A stretch of 64,000 bases of DNA. It comes from Alphaproteobacteria bacterium (lineage in GTDB: Bacteria; Pseudomonadota; Alphaproteobacteria; CALKHQ01). Each line of letters starts with the position of its first letter. Position 1 is the first letter of the stretch. Positions 17,811 through 27,978 of this stretch are shown here, piece after piece. Location of the stretch: contig CBDDFZ010000001.1 in the NCBI GenBank assembly GCA_965227515.1, positions 800,001-864,000 of the forward strand. The letters run 5' to 3'. The notes below the pieces were generated by a model. That model worked only from the letters and a program-made list of their open reading frames with translations. It did not search any database and was not told the origin of the DNA. Made by a program: the position numbers and the translations under genes.

Positions 17811-18692
17811 CTAGCGGTTATGATGGTCCTGCTGCACCAGCGCCATCAGCCCGGCCTTGTAGGTCGGGTATTGCGGCGCCCAGCCCAGCTCGCGTTTCAG
17901 CTTGGCGTTGCTGACGCGCCGGTTGGCGGCCCAGAACGAGCGCTTCATGGCGCTCATCTCGGCGGTGTCGAAGTCTTCCTCCGGCGGCGGGTCGATGCCG
18001 AGGAGTGCCGCGGCATAGGCGATCACCTCCGGCTGCGGCGCCGGCGCGTCGTCGCAGACGTTGAAGGTGCGCAGGCCGCTCGGGCTGGCAATGCACAGCT
18101 TCAAGGCCGCGACGATGTCGTCGACATGGATGCGCGAGAACACCTGGCCCGGCTTGACGAGGCGGCGCGCGGTGCCGTCGCGCACCTGATCCAGCACCGA
18201 GCGGCCCGGCCCGTAGATGCCGGCGAGCCGCAGGATATCGACCGCGATGCCGGTGTCGGCCTGAAACCGCGCCCAGGCCGCCTCCGCCGCCACACGTCGC
18301 CTGGACCGTGCATTCGGCGGCGCGACGGGCGTGTCCTCGTCGACCCAGGCCCCGCCGGCATCGCCATAGACGCCGGTGGTGGCGAGGTAGCCGACCCAGC
18401 CCAAGGCGGCACGCGCGGGCTGCGATCGCAGTGCGGCCAGGGCCACGTCGGGCGTGTCGGACTCATCGTCGGGCGGGGTCGACACCAGCACGTGGGTCGC
18501 CTCGGCCAGCGCCGCCGCCATCGGCTCGTCGGGCGTGCCGCCATCGAAGACATGGGGCTGGAAGCCGGCGCGGCGCAGTCCGGCGAGCCTTTCGGTGCTG
18601 CGGGTGGTGCCGTGGACCGTCCAGCCCTCGGCCAGTAGCGCGCGGCCCAGCCGGGCCGCCACGTAGCCAAGCCCGAAACAAAAGAGCTTCAT
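17811..18692 (-). CDS. NAD-dependent epimerase / atypical SDR (YeeZ-like)
   Basis: FGLGYVA, TTGVYGD, RLAGIYGPGR and FSRIHVDDI. Confidence 0.88.
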   Translation of the reverse strand: MKLFCFGLGYVAARLGRALLAEGWTVHGTTRSTERLAGLRRAGFQPHVFDGGTPDEPMAAALAEATHVLVSTPPDDESDTPDVALAALRSQPARAALGWVGYLATTGVYGDAGGAWVDEDTPVAPPNARSRRRVAAEAAWARFQADTGIAVDILRLAGIYGPGRSVLDQVRDGTARRLVKPGQVFSRIHVDDIVAALKLCIASPSGLRTFNVCDDAPAPQPEVIAYAAALLGIDPPPEEDFDTAEMSAMKRSFWAANRRVSNAKLKRELGWAPQYPTYKAGLMALVQQDHHNR

Positions 18693-19393
18693 CAGTTGCG
18701 ACTAAGCGCCAGTTCGCCGAGCGCCTTGGCGATCTCCCGGTTGAAGGCGCGCACCGCCTCGGCCGGGCCGTCCGCGTAGTCCCACACCGCCGTCACCACG
18801 GCGATGAAGTCGGCACCGGCGCGCACCAGCCCGCCGCAATTGGCCTGGGTGATGCCGCCGATGGCCACGCACGGCACCTCGAAGATGTCCTGCCACCAGG
18901 TCAGCAGCTCGGGCTCGGGCGCGAACTTGCGCGGCTTGGTCTCGGTGGGGAAGAACGCGCCGAAGGCGACATAGTCGGCGCCGCCCTCCGCCGCCTCCAT
19001 CGCCAGATGGCGGGAATCGTGGCAGGTCACGCCGACGATGGCGTCCTCGCCAAGCCAATCGCGGGCATCGACCAGCGACGCATCGGACTGGCCGACATGT
19101 ACGCCGTCGCAGCCGGTTTCGGCCGCCAGGTCGGGCCGGTCGTTCATGATGAACGCCACGTCGCGCGACTGCGCGATCGGCGCCAGACGCTCCGCAGCCC
19201 GGCGCACGGTGTCGTCATCGACATCCTTCAGGCGAAGCTGCACGCAGGCGACGTCATCGGCGTCCAGCGCCGCCGCCAGCGGGTCGGCGAACGCGTCCGG
19301 GTCCAGCGCCGGCGGCGTGACAAGATAGAGCCGGCAGGTGCGCGGGTCGCTGCCCGTGTTCGGGTCAGACCCCGCGCCCTGAACCTTGCTCAT
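18692..19393 (-). CDS. thiE: Thiamine phosphate synthase
   Basis: [31 protein letters not shown] and AIGGIT. Confidence 0.92.
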   Translation of the reverse strand: MSKVQGAGSDPNTGSDPRTCRLYLVTPPALDPDAFADPLAAALDADDVACVQLRLKDVDDDTVRRAAERLAPIAQSRDVAFIMNDRPDLAAETGCDGVHVGQSDASLVDARDWLGEDAIVGVTCHDSRHLAMEAAEGGADYVAFGAFFPTETKPRKFAPEPELLTWWQDIFEVPCVAIGGITQANCGGLVRAGADFIAVVTAVWDYADGPAEAVRAFNREIAKALGELALSRN

Positions 19394-20313
19394 TCCTTGC
19401 CCTGGTAGATGTCGATCAGCTTGGCGAGCAGCTCCTTGGCGTCGTCGTAGGAACGCTGGAAGCTGTTGCGGCCGATGATCGAGCCGTTGCCGCCGCCGTC
19501 GCGGATGTCGCGGGCGTCCTGGAACACGGCGTCGGCGCCCTTGGCCGAGCCGCCGGAGAACACCACGATGCGGCGGCCGTCGAAGCAGCATTGCATGATG
19601 TGCGCCACGCGCTCGGCCTGGGTCGCGAACGCGATCTTGTGCTCGCGATAGACCTTGGCGGCCTCGTCCTGCTCCAGGTGGTCGGTCGGCAGCTTGACCT
19701 TGACGATGTGCGCCCCGAGCAGACAGGCCATGTGCGCGCCGTAGCCGATGACGTCGATGCCGGTCTCGCCGGCCGTCGACATGGCGCCGCGCGGGTAGGA
19801 CCAGACCACGGAGGCGAGGCCAACCGCCTTCGCCTCGGCGATCATGTCGCGCACTTCCTCGTACATGTCATAGGTGTGGTCTGAGCCGGGGTAGATGGTG
19901 AAGCCGACCGCGACGCAGCCCAGCCTGAGCGCATCGTCGATGCCGGCGGTGATCGCCTGGTCGTGGCCGGCGCCGGCGGCCAGCGTGTTGGCGCTGTTCA
20001 TCTTCAGGATCAGCGGCACCTGGCCGGCATAGGTGGAGGCACCCGCCTCCAGCGCGCCCAGCGGCGCGGCGTAGGCGTTGAGGCCGGCGTCGACGGCCAG
20101 CTTGAACAGATAGTGCGGGTCGTAGGCGACGGGGTTGGGCGCGAAGCTGCGCGCCGGTCCGTGCTCGAAGCCCTGGTCGACCGGCAGGATGATCATCTTG
20201 CCGCTGCCGCCCAGCCGGCCGTTCATCAGCAGGCGGGCGAGGTTGGTCTTGGTGCCCGGATTGTCGCTCTCGTAGTTGTCGAGGATCCGGCGCACCTTCT
20301 GTGTCACGCGCAT
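19390..20313 (-). CDS. fbaB: Class I fructose-bisphosphate aldolase (DhnA type)
   Basis: [18 protein letters not shown] and IIGRNSFQR. Confidence 0.93.
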   Translation of the reverse strand: MRVTQKVRRILDNYESDNPGTKTNLARLLMNGRLGGSGKMIILPVDQGFEHGPARSFAPNPVAYDPHYLFKLAVDAGLNAYAAPLGALEAGASTYAGQVPLILKMNSANTLAAGAGHDQAITAGIDDALRLGCVAVGFTIYPGSDHTYDMYEEVRDMIAEAKAVGLASVVWSYPRGAMSTAGETGIDVIGYGAHMACLLGAHIVKVKLPTDHLEQDEAAKVYREHKIAFATQAERVAHIMQCCFDGRRIVVFSGGSAKGADAVFQDARDIRDGGGNGSIIGRNSFQRSYDDAKELLAKLIDIYQGKE

Positions 20314-20370
20314 GGCGGAACTCCAAATCGGTCGTAGGGGGTCTGGATAATTCGCGGACGCGAAAGTGCG

Positions 20371-20832
20371 TCAAATGTCGCCGGCGCGCAACCAGTCACG
20401 ACATGCGCCGCCCGGGTCCTTTTGCAATCGCAGGTCGAGCACGGGTGGGGCGCTTGCCAGAAGCTCCGCGCCGCAGATGCGCGCCAGGGCTTGCAGACTG
20501 GCCGCGGCCGGACCGTCGTAGACGAGGCGCCCGGCGCCCAATTCCAGCGCCAGCATGGCCCGCCCGGCGGCACCGCCGCTGTCGAACATGCAGTCGGCGT
20601 CGACGTCGGGCCAATTGGCCTGCGCCTGGCGCGTCATGTCGAGGAACCACGCCGGCCCGGCGAACAGCGCGGCGTCGGCATGGTTGATCAGGGTGACCGG
20701 CACGCCCTCGAGTGCGGCGGCCTGCAATGCGAGTTCGGCCTCGGCGAGCCCGTGGACAACGACGGCACGACCCGATGTCGGCTTGGACCCGGAGTCACGA
20801 TCGGTTGACCGCGTGGCGCGAGACTTGCCCAT
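20371..20832 (-). CDS. Hypothetical protein
   Basis: Plausible coding frame (AVVVHGLAEA, AGPAWF) immediately upstream of fbaB. Start uncertain. Confidence 0.6.
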   Translation of the reverse strand: MGKSRATRSTDRDSGSKPTSGRAVVVHGLAEAELALQAAALEGVPVTLINHADAALFAGPAWFLDMTRQAQANWPDVDADCMFDSGGAAGRAMLALELGAGRLVYDGPAAASLQALARICGAELLASAPPVLDLRLQKDPGGACRDWLRAGDI

Positions 20833-21051
20833 CGGGCGTGTTCGCCACGCGGCTGCGCCTTGCGACAGGTGAAGTCCGGGTGGTTTGGCAGGTCCGGTCA
20901 TCGGTGCAACCGACCATACCACCGGCATTCCGGCTGTGCACCCTGCGGGTGAGCGGCGTGGCACTCCCCTGCGCGCGCCAGGACCGCCCCGTGAAAGAGG
21001 GGCGGAAACCGGAGCGGCTTCGGCTACGCGAACCGCGTAGCAATGTAGATG

Positions 21052-21267
21052 TTAGTGGGCTGCGTGCACACCATTCTGGCCGCGGGCGTCATGACCACGC
21101 GTGAGGGCGGACCACAGCATCATCGGCGCGCGAAACACGGCGCGCATGGCGCGGGACATGCCGGCGCCCACGGCGTCTGCCTGCATCTGACGGGCACGGT
21201 GGATGTGAAACTGTATCTCGGCATCTGTAGGCACGGAATCGATCTCCAAGTTCGTGTGGTGCAACAT
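21052..21267 (-). CDS. Small protein, RSP_7527-like (71 aa)
   Basis: Strong GGAGGT RBS. The IHRARQMQADAV motif resembles the RSP_7527-type family (recalled, not searched). Confidence 0.6.
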   Translation of the reverse strand: MLHHTNLEIDSVPTDAEIQFHIHRARQMQADAVGAGMSRAMRAVFRAPMMLWSALTRGHDARGQNGVHAAH

Positions 21268-21582
21268 CGGGGCACCTCCTTTTCACGGGCAGGTTTCGGC
21301 AGAATTGCCAATCAGGCTGCTGAACGAAACACTTGGATATAGTTGGGGACTACTGACCTATTGTGCAGCGCAATATGCGCATGGCTTCCATGCGCTGAGC
21401 GCGGATGGAAAGGCCATCCGCGCGCCCGCCATTAACTCTGTTTCCACACTTCGGTGATCCACACGACTTATCGTGCACGCAGGAGCTGCCGGGCGGTCAC
21501 CGTTGGCGGTACCGCGAAATGAGGAGTGTCGGCACACGTGTGGTCGGTTCCGCCGGGTGCAAAAATCGATTAGATTGGGGCC

Positions 21583-22305
21583 ATGAACGATCGGACACCG
21601 CCTCTGCCGAAGTTCATGTATGTCACGCCGCCCCGGCCGTGCCCCTATCTGCCCGGCCGGATCGAGCGCGACATCTTCATGGAGCTGAACGGCGACGACC
21701 CCGACGGCATGCACGTGCGGCTTGCCCGGCTGGGCTTCCGCCGCAGCCATAATGTGGTCTACCGGCCCGATTGCCCGGGCTGCCGCGCCTGCGTCTCCGT
21801 GCGCGTGGTCGCCAACGAGTTCCGCCCCCAGCGCAGCCTGCGCCGGATCTGGCAGCGCAATGCCGACCTGCACGTCACCGCGCGTCCCGCCATCGGCAAT
21901 GCCGAGCAGTTCGCCCTGTTCAGCGCCTACCAGAACGCCCGCCATGGCGAGGGCGAGATGTCGTACATGACACTGGACGACTATTGCGGCATGGTCGAGA
22001 ACACGGTGGTCGACAGCCGGGTGTTCGAGTTCCGCGACAGCAGCCACCGGCTTGTGGCCGCCTGCCTGGCTGATGTGATGCGCGACGGCTATTCCGCCGT
22101 CTACAGCTTCTTCGATCCGGACCTGGCCGACCGCAGCCTGGGCACGCACGTGATCTTGTGGCTGATCGAAACCGCGCGCCGCGAGCAGCAGCCATACGTC
22201 TATCTCGGCTACTGGATCGGGCGCAGCGCCAAGATGGCCTACAAGACCCGGTTTCGGCCCATCGAGGCGCTGAACGGCCAGTCCTGGCGCCGGCTGGATA
22301 GTTAG
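21583..22305 (+). CDS. bpt: Aspartate/glutamate leucyltransferase (arginyltransferase family)
   Basis: PCPYLPGR, GFRRSH, YRPDCPGCRAC, SAVYSFFDPD, YVYLGYWI and KMAYK. Confidence 0.92.
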   Translation: MNDRTPPLPKFMYVTPPRPCPYLPGRIERDIFMELNGDDPDGMHVRLARLGFRRSHNVVYRPDCPGCRACVSVRVVANEFRPQRSLRRIWQRNADLHVTARPAIGNAEQFALFSAYQNARHGEGEMSYMTLDDYCGMVENTVVDSRVFEFRDSSHRLVAACLADVMRDGYSAVYSFFDPDLADRSLGTHVILWLIETARREQQPYVYLGYWIGRSAKMAYKTRFRPIEALNGQSWRRLDS

Positions 22306-22513
22306 CACCGTCGCCGGTCTTGCACGCTGAGGCGTACGCAAGGCTGCCCACGCTCCGCAGTTGCGCAAGAGTGCCGCGCGCCTATACTCCTGCCGATGAC
22401 ATTGACATGACGCCGCCGCGCGCTCGGGGCGCGGGGCAGAGAATTAAGGGCCAGTGCCGCCGACGGGCGCCCACCGCCCACAAACAAGCCTACACACGAC
22501 AGGGAGATACCAC

Positions 22514-23623
22514 GTGAAACGCCGCAATTTCCTCGCCACCGGTGCGGTGGCCGGTGTCGCCGCAGCAGCGAGCAACCTGCCGAAGCCGGCAATCGCCCAG
22601 GACGTCCGCGAGATCAAGCTGGTCACCACCTGGCCGAAGAACTTCCCGGGCCTAGGCACCGGCGCGCAGCGCTTCGCCGACCGGGTGACCGCGATGACCG
22701 GCGGCCGGCTGAACGTCACCCTCTACGCCGCGGGCGAGCTGGTGCCGCCGTTCGAGTCCTTCAACGCCGTCTCCAACGGCGACGCGGAGATGTATCACGG
22801 CGCCGCCTATTACTGGCAGGGCAACTCGACCGCGTTCAACTTCTTTGCCGCGGTGCCGTTCGGGCTCACCGCCAGCGAGCTTAACGCCTGGATCTATCAC
22901 CTCGGCGGCCAGGAGCTGTGGGACGAGCTGGCCGGCCGCTTCAACATCAAGTGCATGATGTGCGGCAACTCCGGCGTGCAGATGGGCGGCTGGTTCAACA
23001 AGGAAATCAACAGCCTGGACGACATGCAGGGCCTGAAGATCCGCATGCCGGGCCTGGGCGGCGAAGTGCTGCGCAAGGTCGGTGCGGCGGCGGTGTCGCT
23101 GCCGGGCGGCGAGATCTATCCGGCGCTGGAATCCGGCGCCATCGATGCCACCGAGTGGGTCGGGCCGTGGAACGACCTGGCGTTCGGCTTCTACAAGGTC
23201 ACCCAGTACTACTACTATCCCGGCTTCCACGAGCCCGGCACCGCGCTGGACCTGGGCATCAACCTGGACTTCTGGAACAGCCTGTCGTCCGAAGACCAGG
23301 ACATCATCTCGGCCGCCGCGCAGGCCGAGACCACCAACATCCTGGCCGAGTTCGACGCCCGCAACTCCGATGCGCTGGCCACCCTGCTGGACGAGCACGG
23401 CGTGGAGCTGCGCCGCTTCTCCAACGACGTGCTGAACGCCATCGGCGAGAAGTCCGGCGAGGTGCTGACCGAGGTGGCGGAAGCGGGCGACGACCTGACG
23501 AAGCGCATCTACGACAGCTTCATGAACGCGCGCCAGATCGCCATCGGCTGGACCAAGCTGTCCACCGGTGCGTTCACCGACGCCCGCCTGCTGCCGTTCC
23601 CGTACGGCCGCGCGCCGGAATAG
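22514..23623 (+). CDS. TRAP transporter substrate-binding protein (TakP-like, Tat signal)
   Basis: GTG start, KRRNFL Tat motif, GVQMGGWF, KIRMPGLGG, DATEWVGP and YPGFHEPG. Confidence 0.93.
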   Translation: MKRRNFLATGAVAGVAAAASNLPKPAIAQDVREIKLVTTWPKNFPGLGTGAQRFADRVTAMTGGRLNVTLYAAGELVPPFESFNAVSNGDAEMYHGAAYYWQGNSTAFNFFAAVPFGLTASELNAWIYHLGGQELWDELAGRFNIKCMMCGNSGVQMGGWFNKEINSLDDMQGLKIRMPGLGGEVLRKVGAAAVSLPGGEIYPALESGAIDATEWVGPWNDLAFGFYKVTQYYYYPGFHEPGTALDLGINLDFWNSLSSEDQDIISAAAQAETTNILAEFDARNSDALATLLDEHGVELRRFSNDVLNAIGEKSGEVLTEVAEAGDDLTKRIYDSFMNARQIAIGWTKLSTGAFTDARLLPFPYGRAPE

Positions 23624-23717
23624 GCGCCGGTCCCGACGGCACGACGTGACGCCCACCTGGCCGCGCGCCGGGTGGGCCTTGCCCATATGAGGCGCACACG
23701 ATGCTTCGACCATCTCC

Positions 23718-24269
23718 ATGATCGAAGGCCTTCAGTGTATCCACCGCCTGATTGACCGCATGAGCCGCGTGATCGGGCTGGTCATCGCCTGGTACGCGGT
23801 GTGGATGGTGGTCATCCAGTTCGCCGTGGTCATCATGCGCTATGTGTTCGGCTACGGGTCGATCCAGATGCAGGAGTCCATCGTCTACCTGCACGGTGTC
23901 CTGTTCATGATCGGCGCGGGATACACCCTGATGGTCGGCGGCCATGTGCGCGTCGACATCTTCTACCGGGACGCCCGCCCGACCCGGAAAGCCATCGTCG
24001 ACCTTGCCGGCGTCTGCCTGCTGCTGCTGCCGTTCTGCGTCATCGTGATCATCGTGTCGTGGGGCCCGGTGCTGCAGTCGTGGGAGACCATGGAGGGCTC
24101 GCGCGAGACCAGCGGTATCCAGGCGGTCTACCTGCTGCGCACGGTGATCCCGATCTTCGCCCTGCTCGTCGGCTTACAGGGCATCTCGGTGGCGGTGCGC
24201 GCGATCCTGACCCTGCTGGGCCACGAGCCGAGGCCGATCGCGTCCGACGCGGCGCGCGAGGGCGCATGA
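23718..24269 (+). CDS. dctQ: TRAP transporter small permease
   Basis: 4 TM helices and GHVRVDIFY. Confidence 0.9.
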   Translation: MIEGLQCIHRLIDRMSRVIGLVIAWYAVWMVVIQFAVVIMRYVFGYGSIQMQESIVYLHGVLFMIGAGYTLMVGGHVRVDIFYRDARPTRKAIVDLAGVCLLLLPFCVIVIIVSWGPVLQSWETMEGSRETSGIQAVYLLRTVIPIFALLVGLQGISVAVRAILTLLGHEPRPIASDAAREGA

Positions 24270-24333
24270 CGGGCTGGAACGCACAGGGCCGCAAGCCAGG
24301 CCGAAAGCCGGGCCGAAAGCCAGGCCACTTGCC

Positions 24334-25899
24334 ATGGAGCTGATCGCCGGCGCGATGTTCCTGGTCGCCATCGTCGTGCTGATGGCGGGCTTCCCGGTTG
24401 CCTTCACCCTGGGCGGGACCGCGCTCGCCTTCGCGCTAGGCGGCCTGGTCGCCGGCGTGTTCGATATGTCATTCGTCGGCTTTCTGCCGGCCCGCATCTT
24501 CGGCACCATGACCAACGAGGTGCTGATCGCGGTGCCCCTGTTCGTGTTCATGGGGGTGACGCTCGAACGCTCCAAGGTTGCCGAGGAACTGCTGGAGACC
24601 ATGGGCCAGCTCTTCGGCCGCATGCGTGGCGGGCTCGGCATCTCGGTCACTGTCGTCGGCGCGCTGCTGGCGGCGTCGACCGGCATCGTCGGCGCGACCG
24701 TGGTGACGATGGGGCTGCTGGCGCTGCCGACCATGCTGAAACGCGGCTACAGCGCGCCGCTCGCCTGCGGGTCCATCGCCGCTGCCGGCACCCTGGGCCA
24801 GATCATCCCGCCTTCCATCGTGCTTGTGCTGCTGGGCGACCAGATTTCCAACGCCTATGTCGACGCGCAGCGCGAGTTCGGCAACTGGTCGCCGGAGCCG
24901 GTGTCTGTCGGCGACCTGTTCGCCGGCGCGCTGCTGCCGGGGCTGATGCTGGTCGGCCTCTACCTGCTCTATCAGCTCGCAATGGCGCTGTTCCGGCCGT
25001 CCTCCTCGCCGGCGATGCCGGCCGCCGAGGGCGACGGGCTGACGATCGGCCGCGTCATGCACGCGCTGGTGCCGCCGCTGGTGCTGATCGTCGCCGTGCT
25101 GGGCTCGATCCTGACCGGCATCGCGTTCCCCACCGAGGCCGCCGGTGTCGGCGCCGTCGGCGCCCTGCTGCTGGCGGGCATGCGCCAGCCGGGCAAGTCG
25201 AAGCTGCCGATCTATGCGGCGTTCTTGGCCCTGCTCGCCTTGCTTTTCCTGCAATCGGCCGCCGACCTGCGGGTGACCCGCGATGAGATTTCCTCCGGCG
25301 ACTACGTCTGGATCGTGGTCGCCATGGTGCTGTGCGCGGTCGTCGCCTGGGGCCTGCTGGTGGCGCTGTGGCGCACCTTGCTCAACGACATCCTGGGCAA
25401 GGTCGCGATCTCGACCATGGAAATCAGCTCCATGGTCTTCATCATCCTGATCGGCGCGGCCCTGTTCAGCCTGGTGTTCCGCGGCTATGGCGGCGACGAG
25501 GCGGTGAAGGACCTGTTGATCAACGAGGGCACCGACGCCGACATCGTGCGCTCCATCGCCCTGGTCATGCTGGTGATGTTCGTCCTCGGTTTCTTCCTGG
25601 ATTTCCTGGAGATCACGTTCGTGGTGGTGCCGGTGGTGGCACCCGCCCTGCTGGCCAACGACTTCATCAGCCCGGTCTGGCTCGGTGTGCTGATGGCGAT
25701 GAACCTGCAGACCTCGTTCCTGACCCCGCCATTCGGCTTCGCGCTGTTCTACCTGCGTGGGGTGGCGCCACCCCAGGTCTCGACGATGCAGATTTATCGC
25801 GGCGTATTGCCGTTCATCGTCATCCAGATCATCGGGCTCGGCATCCTGGCGCTGTTCCCGGAACTGGCGACCTGGCTGCCCGAGGTCCTGTTCGCGTGA
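24334..25899 (+). CDS. dctM: TRAP transporter large permease
   Basis: GTLGQIIPPS, PTEAAGVGA and NLQTSFLTPPFG. Confidence 0.93.
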   Translation: MELIAGAMFLVAIVVLMAGFPVAFTLGGTALAFALGGLVAGVFDMSFVGFLPARIFGTMTNEVLIAVPLFVFMGVTLERSKVAEELLETMGQLFGRMRGGLGISVTVVGALLAASTGIVGATVVTMGLLALPTMLKRGYSAPLACGSIAAAGTLGQIIPPSIVLVLLGDQISNAYVDAQREFGNWSPEPVSVGDLFAGALLPGLMLVGLYLLYQLAMALFRPSSSPAMPAAEGDGLTIGRVMHALVPPLVLIVAVLGSILTGIAFPTEAAGVGAVGALLLAGMRQPGKSKLPIYAAFLALLALLFLQSAADLRVTRDEISSGDYVWIVVAMVLCAVVAWGLLVALWRTLLNDILGKVAISTMEISSMVFIILIGAALFSLVFRGYGGDEAVKDLLINEGTDADIVRSIALVMLVMFVLGFFLDFLEITFVVVPVVAPALLANDFISPVWLGVLMAMNLQTSFLTPPFGFALFYLRGVAPPQVSTMQIYRGVLPFIVIQIIGLGILALFPELATWLPEVLFA

Positions 25900-27116
25900 G
25901 CGACGGCGCCAGTTCGACCGGTTCCGGTCCGACGGGCCCCAAGCCGTCCGGGCCATCGCGCATCGTCCTTTTCAAGTCCGGGTTCCAGTACGGCGCCATC
26001 AACATCTTCGTCGACGGCCTGGCGCGCGGGTTCGCTGGCCTCGGCTACCGGACCGACATCGTCCAGGCCGACGCCGACGAGGACCAGGTGCGCGCGGATC
26101 TGCGGGCCGCGCTGGCCCAGCCGCAGGACGTGTTTGCCGTGGTCGGGGCTGGCGGCACGCTCTGCGATCTCGGCTCCGGCGGCCAGAACCTGTACGTGCG
26201 GCTTGGCGTGCCGTACGTGGCGTACATCACCGACCATCCCAGCTATGCGCTGCAACGGCTGTCGCGGGGCGGCAATCTGGTGGTGACCTGCGTCGACCGC
26301 CAGCACGTGCCGTTCCTGCAAGCGGCCGGTTTCCGGCACGTACACTTCGTGCCCCACGGCGCCGACCCGCCGGCAGCGCCGCCGCCACCCTTCGCGGCCC
26401 GCACCCAGGGCATGATGCTGGCCGCCACCGCAGCGGACCCTGGGCCGATACTGGCCGAGTGCCTTGAGGAGCGCGAGGGCATCGCGCGCGACCTGTTCCG
26501 GGACATCGCCACCCGCGAGGACCTTGCCACCATGGCGGATGTCGAGGCCGCGCTGGACGCCGACCCGCGCACGGCACAGGTGCCCGATCTCGCCCGGTTC
26601 TCCGGCACCCGGATCATCTGGCTGAACGATTTCGAGCGTCTGATCCGGCTGGTCCGCCGGCTCGCCCTGGTCAAGGCGCTCGACCGCCCCGGCACCGCGC
26701 TGGACCTCTTTGGCAAGGGGTGGGACGCGTTCGGGTTCGCCCATCATCGCGCACACGGCCCGGTACCGTTCGACCAGATCCTGGCGCTGCACGCAGACTA
26801 CCGGTTCACGCTGCATCCGAACCCGTTGTTCACCGAGTCACCGCACGAGCGCCCGCTCTATGCGGCGCTGGCCGGCTCGGTGGTGGTGACAGACGGCAAC
26901 CCGCTGCTGCGCGCGTTGCTGCCGTTCGGCAAGGCCGCCATCGGTTTCGACCCGGCCGAGCCCGATTGGCCGGCGCAACTGGCCGCGCGCCTGACCGACA
27001 GGGGCACCGATTTCCAGGCCATCGCCGATGAAGGGCGCCGCATCGTTGCCGAAGGGCACACATGGGCCCATCGCGCCGCCGCCATCGTCGAAGCCGTGAA
27101 GGCATTTACGGCATGA
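25896..27116 (+). CDS. Putative glycosyltransferase (GT-B, CgeB/Glyco_trans_1_2-like C-terminus)
   Basis: GTG start overlaps the dctM stop. TDHP, FGKGWD, HERPLYAALAG and HTWAHRA. Confidence 0.65.
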   Translation: MSDGASSTGSGPTGPKPSGPSRIVLFKSGFQYGAINIFVDGLARGFAGLGYRTDIVQADADEDQVRADLRAALAQPQDVFAVVGAGGTLCDLGSGGQNLYVRLGVPYVAYITDHPSYALQRLSRGGNLVVTCVDRQHVPFLQAAGFRHVHFVPHGADPPAAPPPPFAARTQGMMLAATAADPGPILAECLEEREGIARDLFRDIATREDLATMADVEAALDADPRTAQVPDLARFSGTRIIWLNDFERLIRLVRRLALVKALDRPGTALDLFGKGWDAFGFAHHRAHGPVPFDQILALHADYRFTLHPNPLFTESPHERPLYAALAGSVVVTDGNPLLRALLPFGKAAIGFDPAEPDWPAQLAARLTDRGTDFQAIADEGRRIVAEGHTWAHRAAAIVEAVKAFTA

Positions 27117-27170
27117 CGATAGTGGTTGGATGCAACCAACTGTGCTGACGACGAGATGCATTTCTTTGCG

Positions 27171-27258
27171 CGTAGCCTGGGTGGAGCGCAACAGAACCCG
27201 GGTCTGACTGGCACAGGACCCTTGTCCCCGGGTTTCGTTTCACTTCGCCCGGGCTACG
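27171..27258. repeat. GTAG-family REP doublet (intact)
   Basis: CGTAGCCTGGGTGG...CCCGGG and CCCGGG...CCCGGGCTACG between convergent genes. Confidence 0.85.
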
Positions 27259-27270
27259 ACTGGAGCGCGT

Positions 27271-27975
27271 TCAATCGCGCAAGCCGTCGCGCAACCATGC
27301 GGTGACGCGGCGCCTCAGGTCCGGGTCGCCGCCCAGCCGGGCTGCGAAATCCTCCAGCGCGTGGTCCGGCGCGAAATGGCCGGCGACCCGGCGCAGGATG
27401 TCGGCGGTCGTCGATTGCGGCGTCGTGCGGCCCTCGGCGATAACGGCGGCCAGCGCCACGGGCGCGCCGCCTGCTTGCAGAATGTCCCCGCCGCCCAGAT
27501 AGGCCTGGGCCTCGGCACGCTGTACGCCATCCGTGGTGGTGACAGACCCGACCGGCAACGCGGCGCGCTCATAGTTGCCGCCCTCGCTGGCATCCATCCG
27601 CTTGAGTTGGGCGGGCGACAGCCATGTCACCGCGACCCGCACGGTCACGCTGGCGTGCTCGACGATGCGGGCGGGCACCGCGCCATAGCTGGTGATGCGG
27701 GCGGCATAGACCACGTCCCAGCCGGCCAGCTCCACCGGCTCGACCAGGATGCCGTCGTCGACGGGCAGGTCCGGGAATTTCAGGGCAAGCTGCTGCGGGG
27801 CGCGGTTGGACCCGTAGGCGACCACCGGCACCCGTCCGGCGCGGTGGGCCGCGATCTGGTCGGCCGCCTCCAACGCTTCCAATCCGCCGCCATGGTGCAG
27901 ATAGGCGTGGTCGGGTGCGCTGTAGGGGTAGTGGAGGGCGCGGACGACCGCATCGAACCGGCCGTGCACGCTCAA
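27271..27975 (-). CDS. Hypothetical protein with gamma-glutamylcyclotransferase-like motifs
   Basis: VVAYGSN and LKRMDASEG.NYER resemble GGCT/AIG2 signatures. Confidence 0.6.
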   Translation of the reverse strand: MSVHGRFDAVVRALHYPYSAPDHAYLHHGGGLEALEAADQIAAHRAGRVPVVAYGSNRAPQQLALKFPDLPVDDGILVEPVELAGWDVVYAARITSYGAVPARIVEHASVTVRVAVTWLSPAQLKRMDASEGGNYERAALPVGSVTTTDGVQRAEAQAYLGGGDILQAGGAPVALAAVIAEGRTTPQSTTADILRRVAGHFAPDHALEDFAARLGGDPDLRRRVTAWLRDGLRD

Positions 27976-27978
27976 GTC

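Noticed and set aside
24286-24326. Three 12-bp GGCCGAAAGCC-type tandem units between dctQ and dctM (similar short units near 48330-48365)
   Set aside because: Short GC-rich duplications with no supportable function.
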